A DNA stretch of 64,000 nucleotides from the NCBI RefSeq assembly GCF_009914755.1, contig NC_060948.1; one strand, written 5' to 3'. This DNA comes from the human T2T-CHM13v2.0 reference genome, Homo sapiens. The position numbers were made by a program, and so were the translations under genes. Shown piece by piece: positions 55,501 through 64,000 of the stretch. The notes under the pieces were generated by a model. The model was given only the letters and a program-made list of their open reading frames with translations, was not told the DNA's origin and ran no database searches. Each line of letters begins with the position of its first letter. Position 1 is the first letter of the stretch.

Positions 55501-56134
55501 AATGGAATGGATTCGAGTGGAATGGAATCGAATATAATGGAGTCGAATGAAATGGAATTGAAAGGAATGGGATCGAATACAATGGAATATACTGGAATGT
55601 AATGTAATGAACTCGAATGTAATTGACTGGAATGGAATGTACATGAATGGAATGTAATCGAATGGAAAGTAATCCAATGGAATAGAATCTAATGCAATAA
55701 AATCGACTCAGATAGAGTAGAATGTAATGGAATGGAGTGCAGTGCAATGGAATGGAATGGAATGGAATGCAATGGAATGGAAAGGAATGGAATGGAATGG
55801 AATGGAATGGGATGGAATGGTATGGAATGGATAGTAATGGACTGGAATGAAATGGACTGGAAAAGAATGGACTCAAATTGAAAGGGCTCGAAAGGAATGG
55901 AGTCAAATGGAATGGTCTGGAATGGAATGAACACGAATGTAATGCAATCCAATAGAATGGAATCGAATGGCATGGAATATAAAGAAATGGAATCGAAGAG
56001 AATGGAAACAAATGGAATGGAATTGAATGGAATGGAATTGAATGGAATGGGAACGAATGGAGTGAAATTGTATGCAGTAGAAGAGAATAGACTGGAATGC
56101 AAGCGAAAGGAAAGGAATGGATTGCAATGGAATG
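52576..56134 (+). repeat. Unit U16, 3559 bp (C-like, mosaic)
   Basis: EcoRI spacing. Shares GATTAGACT with U10/U14 and has an extra GGCC at 54120. Confidence 0.9.
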
Positions 56135-59100
56135 GAATTCATTGGAATGGAAGGGAATGTAGTGTAATGGACAGGCCTGGAATAAAGTGGAATGCTACGG
56201 TCTCGAATGGAATAAAAATGTATGGAATGGAATGCAATGAAACGGAATCGAATGTCATAGAATGTAATGGAATGCAAAAAAATGGAATCCAAAATCATTG
56301 ACTGGAAAGGCTGGGTGTCGAAAGGAATTGACTCCAATGGAATGGAATCGAATGGAATGGAAGTGAATAGAATCGAAATAAATCGAATGGAATGGAATTG
56401 ATAGGAACGGAATGGAAAGGAATGCAATGATTTGGCATGGAATGGAATCGAATGGCATCGAATGGAATGGAATGGAATGCAATGGAATGGAATGTATTAG
56501 AATGTAATGAACATTAATGGAATGTACTCGAATGGATTCGACTGGAATGGAATGTTCTGGAAGTGAATGGACTCCAATGGAATGGATTCGAAAGGAATGG
56601 AATCGAACGGAATGGAATCTAATGGAATGGAATTAAATGGAAATGAATCAAATTGAATAGCACGGAATTGAATTGAATGGAATGGAATGCAATGGAATCT
56701 AATGAAACGGAAAGGAAAGGAATGGAATGGAATGGAATGGGCTGGAATGGAAAGGAATCGAAACGAATGGAATGGAATCGAACTGAAGAGACTGGAATGG
56801 AATGCACTGGAATGGAAGGGAGTGTAATGGAAGGTTCTCGAAAATAATGGAAGCAAATGGAATGGAATTGAATGGAACGGAATAGAGTCGAATGGAATTG
56901 AATGGAATGGAATGGACTAGAGTGAAATGGAATCGAACCACAAGGAATGGACAGGAATAGAATGGTCTCGAATTGAATGGAATCGTATGGAATGGCATCA
57001 AACGGAATGGAATGGACAGCCACGGAATGGAATGCACTCGAATGCAATGGAGTCGAAACTTATGGACTGGAATAGAATGGACTCGACTGGTACGGACTCC
57101 AATGGAATGGAATCGAATGGAAGGGATTCGAACGGAATGGACTCGAAGGGAAAAGACTGCAATGGAAAGGTCTCGAATGGAATGGAAATTAATGGAATGG
57201 AATGGAATCGAATGAAATGGAGTCAAAAGGAATGGAATCGAATGGCAAGAAATCGAATGTAATGGAATCGCAAGTAATTGCTGTGAACGGAACGGAATGG
57301 AATGGAATCCAAAGGAATGGAATAGAATGGAATGGAATCGAATGGAAAGGACTCGAATGGAAATCACTCGAATGGAATGAAATTTAATAAAATAGGATCA
57401 AATGTAATTGAATGGAATGGAAAGGAATCGAAACGAAAGGAATGGAGACAGATGGAATGGAATGGAACAGAGAGCAATGGTATAGAATGGAATGGAATCA
57501 TCTGGAATGGAATTGAATGGAATGGAATAATATGAAATGGAATGGAATGGAATGGAATGGAATGCCCTTGAATTAAATGGACTGGAATGGAATGGACTCG
57601 AACAGAGTGGAATGGAAAGTGTTGAGATAGAATGGAATGGACTCTTTTGGAATGGTCTAGTATGCAATGCAATCGACTGGCAGGGAATCAAAAGGAATGT
57701 AATCGAATGGATTGGACTGGAATGCAATGGACTCGAATAGATTGGAAACGGAATGCAAAGGAATGGAATGGAATAGTATGGAATGGAATGGAAAGGAATG
57801 GAGTGGAATAGACTAGAGTGGAATGGAATGGACTGGAAAGCAATGGACTGGAATGGAACTTTCTTGAATGGACTGGAATCAAACGGAATGGAATGCAATG
57901 CAATCAAATGGCATGGAATAAAATAGAATGAAAGAGAATCAAATGGAATTGAATCGAATGGAATCGAATGGATTGGAAAGGAATAGAATGGAATGGAATG
58001 GAATTGACTCAAATGGAATGGACTAGAATGGAATGGATTCGAATGGAAGGCAAAGGAATGGAATCTATTGGAATGGACAGTAATGGAATGGAATGGAAGG
58101 GATTGGAATGGACTCGAATGGAATGGACTGCAATAGAAAGGATTCGAATGGAATGAAAAAGAATTGAATGGAATAGAACAGAATGGAATCAAATCGAATG
58201 AAATGGAATGGAATAGAAAGGAATGGAATGAAATGGAATGGAAAGGATTCGAATGGAATGCAATCGAATGGAATGGAATCGAACGGAATGGAATAAAATG
58301 GAAGAAAACTGGCAAGAAATGGAATCGAAATGAATGGAGTGTTATGGAACGGACTCAAAAGGAATTGAATGTAATAGAATGGAGTGGAGTGGACTCGAAT
58401 ATAATGAACTGGAATGGAATGAAATCACATGGAATGGGAACGAATGGAATGGAATGGAAAGGAATGGAATCGAATGGAAAGGAATCGAATGGAAGGGAAT
58501 GAAATTGAATCAACAGGAATGGAAGGGAATAGAATAGACGGTAATGGAATGGACTCGAATAGAATGGACACGAATGCTGAAATTGAATGGACTCGAATGG
58601 AATGGAAACAAAAGGAATGTCATCGAATGGAATTGAATCGATTGGAATGAAATCGCATAGAATGGAGTGGAATCAAATGGAATTGAATCGAAAGGAAAGG
58701 AAGCGAATGGACTGAAATGAAATGGAATGGAATTGAATGGAAAGTAATGCAATGGAATAGAATGGAACGAAATTTCACGGAATGGAATCAAACTGAATGG
58801 AATCAAATCAATGGAATCAAATCAAATGGAATGGAAAGGAATTGAATGGAGTAGATTGGATTGGATGGGATTGGAATGAAATGTACTGGAAAGGACTCGA
58901 ATTTCATGAAACGGAATGGAATGAATTGGAACGGAATGGACTCGAATGGAATGGAATGTCATGGAATGGCATCAAATGGAATGGAATCGAATGCAATGGA
59001 ATGCTATGGAATGGAATGGAATGCATTGGAATGGAATGTCCTCTAATGGAATGGATTCGAGTGGAATGGAATCGAATATAATGGAGTCGAATGAAATGGA

Positions 59101-59663
59101 ATTGAAAGGAATGGGATCGAATACAATGGAATATACTGGAATGTAATGTAATGAACTCGAATGTAATTGACTGGAATGGAATGTACATGAATGGAATGTA
59201 ATCGAATGGAAAGTAATCCAACGGAATAGAATCTAATGCAATAAAATCGACTCAGATAGAGTAGAATGTAATGGAATGGAGTGCAGTGCAATGGAATGGA
59301 ATGGAATGGAATGCAATGGAATGGAATGGAATGGAATGGGATGGAATGGTATGGAATGGATAGTAATGGACTGGAATGAAATGGACTGGAAAAGAATGGA
59401 CTCAAATTGAAAGGGCTCGAAAGGAATGGAGTCAAATGGAATGGTCTGGAATGGAATGAACACGAATGTAATGCAATCCAATAGAATGGAATCGAATGGC
59501 ATGGAATATAAAGAAATGGAATCAAAGAGAATGGAAACAAATGGAATGGAATTGAATGGAATGGAATTGAATGGAATGGGAACGAATGGAGTGAAATTGT
59601 ATGCAGTAGAAGAGAATAGAATGGAATGCAAGCGAAAGGAAAGGAATGGATTGCAATGGAATG
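56135..59663 (+). repeat. Unit U17, 3529 bp (D-like)
   Basis: EcoRI spacing. Shares GGACAGTAAT, ATGAACTGG and AAACAAAAGG with U11/U15. One GGCATCAAATGGAAT 15-mer is lost near 58970. Confidence 0.9.
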
Positions 59664-62600
59664 GAATTCATTGGAATGGAAGGGAATGTAGTGTAATGGA
59701 CAGGCCTGGAATAAAGTGGAATGCTACGGTCTCGAATGGAATAAAAATGTATGGAATGTAATGCAATGAAATGGAATCGAATGTCATAGAATGTAATGGA
59801 ATGCAACAAAATGGAATCCAATATCATTGACTGGAAAGGCTGGGTGTCGAAAGGAATTGACTCCAATGGAATGGAATCGAATGGAATGGAAGTGAATAGA
59901 ATCGAACTAAATCGAATGGAATGGAATTGATAGGAACGGAATGGAAAGGAATGCAATGATTTGGCATGGAATGGAATCGAATGGCATCGAATGGAATGGA
60001 ATGGAATGCAATGGAATGGAATGTATTAGAATGTAATGAACTTTAATGGAATGTACTCGAATGGATTCGACTGGAATGGAATGTTCTGGAAGTGAATGGA
60101 CTCCAATGGAATGGATTCAAAAGGAATGGAATCGTACGGAATGGAATCTAATGGAATGGAATTAAATGGAAATGAATCAAATTGAATAGCACGGAATTGA
60201 ATTGAATGGAATGGAATGCAATGGAATCTAATGAAACGGAAAGGAAAGGAATGGAATGGAATGGAATGGGCTGGAATGGAAAGGAATCGAAACGAATGGA
60301 ATGGAATCGAACTGAAGAGACTGGAATGGAATGCACTGGAATGGAAGGGAGTGTAATGGAAGGTTCTCGAAAAAAATGGAATCGAATGGAATGGAATTGA
60401 ATGGAACGGAATAGAGTCGAATGGAATTGAATGGAATGGAATGGACTAGAGTGAAATGGAATCGAACCACAAGGAATGGAGAGGAATAGAATGGTCTCGA
60501 ATTGAATGGAATCGTATGGAATGGCATCAAACGGAATGGAATGGACAGCCACGGAATGGAATGCACTCGAATGCAATGGAGTCGAAACTAATGGACTGGA
60601 ATAGAATGGACTCGACTGGTACGGACTCCAATGGAATGGAATCGAATGGAAGGGAATCGAACGTAATGGACTCGAAGGGAAAAGACTGCAATGGAAAGGT
60701 CTCGAATGGAATGGAAATTAATGGAATGGAATGGAATCGAATGAAATGGAGTCAAAAGGAATGGAATCGAATGGCAAGAAATCGAATGTAATGGAATCGC
60801 AAGGAATTGATGTGAACGGAACGGAATGGAATGGAATCCAAAGGAATGGAATAGAATGGAATGGAATCGAATGGAAAGGACTCGAATGGAAATCACTCGA
60901 ATAGAATGCAATTTAATAAAATAGGATCAAATGTAATGGAATGGAATGGAAAGGAATCGAAACGAAAGGAATGGAGACAGATGGATTGGAATAGAACAGA
61001 GAGCAATGGTATAGAATGGAATGGAATCATCTGGAATGGAATTGAATGGAATGGAATAATATGAAATGGAATGGAATGGAATGGAATGGAATGCCCTTGA
61101 ATTAAATGGACTGGAATGGAATGGACTCGAACAGAGTGGAATGGAAAGTGTTGAGATAGAATGGAATGGACTCCTTTGGAATGGTGTAGTATGCAATGCA
61201 ATCGACTGGCAGGGAATCAAAAGGAATGTAATCGAATGGATTGGACTGGAATGCAATGGACTCGAATAGATTGCAAACGGGATGCAAAGGAATGGAATGG
61301 AATAGTATGGAATGGAATGGAAAGGAATGGAGTGGAATAGACTAGAGTGGAATGGAATGGACTGGAAAGCAATGGACTGGAATGGAACTTTCTTGAATGG
61401 ACTGGAATCAAACGGAATGGAATGCAATGCAATCAAATGGCATGGAATAAAATAGAATGAAAGAGAATCAAATGGAATTGAATCGAATGGAATCGAATGG
61501 ATTGGAAAGGAATAGAATGGAATGGAATGGAATGGACTCAAATGGAATGGACTAGAATGGAATGGATTCGAATGGAAGGCAAAGGAATGGAATCTATTGG
61601 AATGGACTGTAATGGAATGGAATGGAAGGGATTGGAATGGACTCAAATAGAATGGACTGCAATAGAAAGGATTCGAATGGAATGAAAAAGAATTGAATGG
61701 AATAGAACAGAATGGAATCAAATCGAATGAAATGGAATGGAATAGAAAGGAATGGAATGAAATGGAATGGAAAGGATTCGAATGGAATGCAATCGAATGG
61801 AATGGAATCGAACGGAATGGAATAAAATGGAAGAAAACTGGCAAGAAATGGAATCGAAATGAATGGAGTGTTATGGAACGGACTCAAAAGGAATTGAATG
61901 TAATAGAATGGAGTGGAGTGGACTCGAATATAATGGACTGGAATGGAATGAAATCACATGGAATGGGAACGAATGGAATGGAATGGAAAGGAATGGAATC
62001 GAATGGAAAGGAATCGAACGGAAGGGAATGAAATTGAATCAACAGGAATGGAAGGGAATAGAATAGACGGTAATGGAATGGACTCGAATAGAATGGACAC
62101 GAATGCTCAAATTGAATGGACTCGAATGGAATGGAAACGAAAGGAATGTCATCGAATGGAATTGAATCGATTGGAATGAAATCGCATAGAATGGAGTGGA
62201 ATCAAATGGAATTGAATCGAAAGGAAAGGAAGCGAATGGACTGAAATGAAATGGAATGGAATTGAATGGAAAGTAATGCAATGGAATAGAATGGAACGAA
62301 ATTTCACGGAATGGAATCAAACTGAATGGAATCAAATCAATGGAATCAAATCAAATGGAATGGAAAGGAATTGAATGGAGTAGATTGGATTGGATGGGAT
62401 TGGAATGAAATGTACTGGAAAGGACTCGAATTTCATGAAACGGAATGGAATGAATTGGAACGGAATGGACTCGAATGGAATGGAATGTCATGGAATGGCA
62501 TCAAATGGAATGGCATCAAATGGAATGGAATCGAATGCAATGGAATGCTATGGAATGGAATGGAATGCATTGGAATGGAATGTCCTCTAATGGAATGGAT

Positions 62601-63237
62601 TCGAGTGGAATGGAATCGAATATAATGGAGTCGAACGAAATGGAATTGAAAGGAATGGGATCGAATACAATGGAATATACTGGAATGTAATGTAATGAAC
62701 TCGAATGTAATTGACTGGAATGGAAGGTATATGAATGGAATGTAATCGAATGGAAAGTAATCCAATGGAATAGAATCTAATGCAATAAAATCGACTCAGA
62801 TAGAGTAGCATGTAATGGAATGGAGTGCAGTGCAATGGAATGGAATGGAATGGAATGCAATGGAATGGAATGGAATGGAATGGAATGGAATGGAATGGAA
62901 TGGAATGGGATGGGATGGAATGGTATGGAATGGATAGTAATGGACTGGAGTGAAATGGACTGGAAAGGAATGGACTCAAATTGAAAGGGCTCGAAAGGAA
63001 TGGAGTCAAATGGAATGGTCTGGAATGGAATGAACACGAATGTAATGCAATCCAATAGAATGGAATCGAATGGCATGGAATATAAAGAAATGGAATCGGA
63101 GAGAATGGAAACAAATGGAATGGAATTGAATGGAATGGAATTGAATGGAATGGGAACGAATGGAGTGAAATTGTATGCAGTAGAAGGGAATAGAATGGAA
63201 TGCAAGCAAAAGGAAAGGAATGGATTGGAATGGAATG
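59664..63237 (+). repeat. Unit U18, 3574 bp
   Basis: EcoRI spacing. Shares rare variants with U3. Confidence 0.9.
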
Positions 63238-64000
63238 GAATTCATTGGAATGGAAGGGAATGTAGTGTAATGGACAGGCCTGGAATAAAGTGCAATGCTA
63301 CGGTCTCGAATGGAATAAAAATGTATGGAATGGAATGCAATGAAATGGAATCGAATGTCATAGAATGTAATGGAATGCAACAAAATGGAATCCAATATCA
63401 TTGACTGGAAAGGCTGGGTGTCGAAAGGAATTGACTCCAATGGAATGGAATCGAATGGAATGGAAGTGAATAGAATCGAACTAAATTGAATGGAATGGAA
63501 TTGATAGGAACGGAATGGAAAGGAATGCAATGATTTGGCATGGAATGGAATCGAATGGCATCGAATGGAATGGAATGGAATGCAATGGAATGGAATGTAT
63601 TAGAATGGAATGAACTTTAATGGAATGTACTCGAATGGATTCGACTGGAATGGAATGTTCTGGAAGTGAATGGACTCCAATGGAATGGATTCAAAAGGAA
63701 TGGAATCGTACGGAATGGAATCTAATGGAATGGAATTAAATGGAAATGAATCAAATTGAATAGCACGGAATTGAATTGAATGGAATGGAATGCAATGGAA
63801 TCTAATGAAACGGAAAGGAAAGGAATGGAATGGAATGGAATGGGCTGGAATGGAAAGGAATCGAAACGAATGGAATGGAATCGAACTGAAGAGACTGGAA
63901 TGGAATGCACTGGAATGGAAGGGAGTGTAATGGAAGGTTCTCGAAAAAAATGGAATCGAATGGAATGGAATTGAATGGAACGGAATAGAGTCGAATGGAA
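63238..64000 (+). repeat. Partial unit U19 (runs off the window)
   Basis: Begins at GAATTC 63238 and is colinear with the start of the other units. Confidence 0.9.

Larger units (their letters stand above)
1..64000 (+). repeat. DYZ1: Human satellite III array of DYZ1 type (Yq12 heterochromatin); GGAAT strand on +, ~3.55 kb unit, 18 complete units
   Basis: Seen: the sequence is GGAAT and single-base variants (CGAAT, GCAAT, TGAAT, GGACT) throughout. Unique landmarks (GGACAGGCCTGGAATAAAGTGG, GGCTGGGTGTCG, GCCCTTGAATTAAA, TTTAATAAAATAGGATC) recur every ~3.55 kb, with EcoRI sites at 179, 2850, 6363 ... 63238. Established: DYZ1 is a ~3.56 kb EcoRI / '3.4 kb' HaeIII repeat built from TTCCA pentamers. 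The chromosome assignment is by recognition, not by alignment. Confidence 0.95.

Noticed and set aside
54120-56174. Predicted ~2.05 kb HaeIII fragment resembling the classical 2.1 kb DYZ2 band
   Set aside because: The size match is a coincidence. DYZ2 is an unrelated AT-rich, Alu-containing repeat and no such sequence is present.
1-64000. Hundreds of ORFs of 60-319 aa (MEWNG-rich on +, FHSIP-rich on -)
   Set aside because: These are the translations of (GGAAT)n and (ATTCC)n, which contain no stop codon in any frame. They overlap in several frames, open and close with random unit variants, and show no domain or codon structure.
1-64000. CRISPR-like or other repeat-spacer system
   Set aside because: There are no constant repeats separated by unique spacers and no cas-like genes. 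The entire 3.55 kb unit is repeated.
1-64000. Assignment to HSat2 or to the chromosome 9 satellite III array
   Set aside because: The ~3.56 kb period with a single EcoRI and HaeIII site and a dominant GGAAT pentamer fit DYZ1, not the ~1.8 kb-type or CATTCGATTC-dominated arrays. An alignment would be needed for final proof.

Overview
The whole 64 kb window is one uninterrupted, single-orientation tandem array of diverged (GGAAT)n/(ATTCC)n pentamers organised into a ~3.55 kb unit, with one EcoRI site (GAATTC) and one StuI/HaeIII site (AGGCCT) per unit. This matches human satellite III DYZ1 of Yq12 heterochromatin. Counting between EcoRI sites there are 18 complete units (U1-U18) plus partial units at both ends. 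No gene, RNA gene, transposon or CRISPR array is supported, and all listed ORFs are by-products of the pentamer. The informative signal is the array architecture: (i) U1 has a 903-bp internal deletion with junction microhomology; (ii) a very recent ~14.2 kb four-unit tandem duplication spans ~24.4-53.1 kb; (iii) there are older one- and two-unit duplications and mosaic units; (iv) length variation is almost entirely in multiples of 5 bp. I see no evidence of a novel protein-coding system. All comparisons were made by eye, so variant lists are incomplete.
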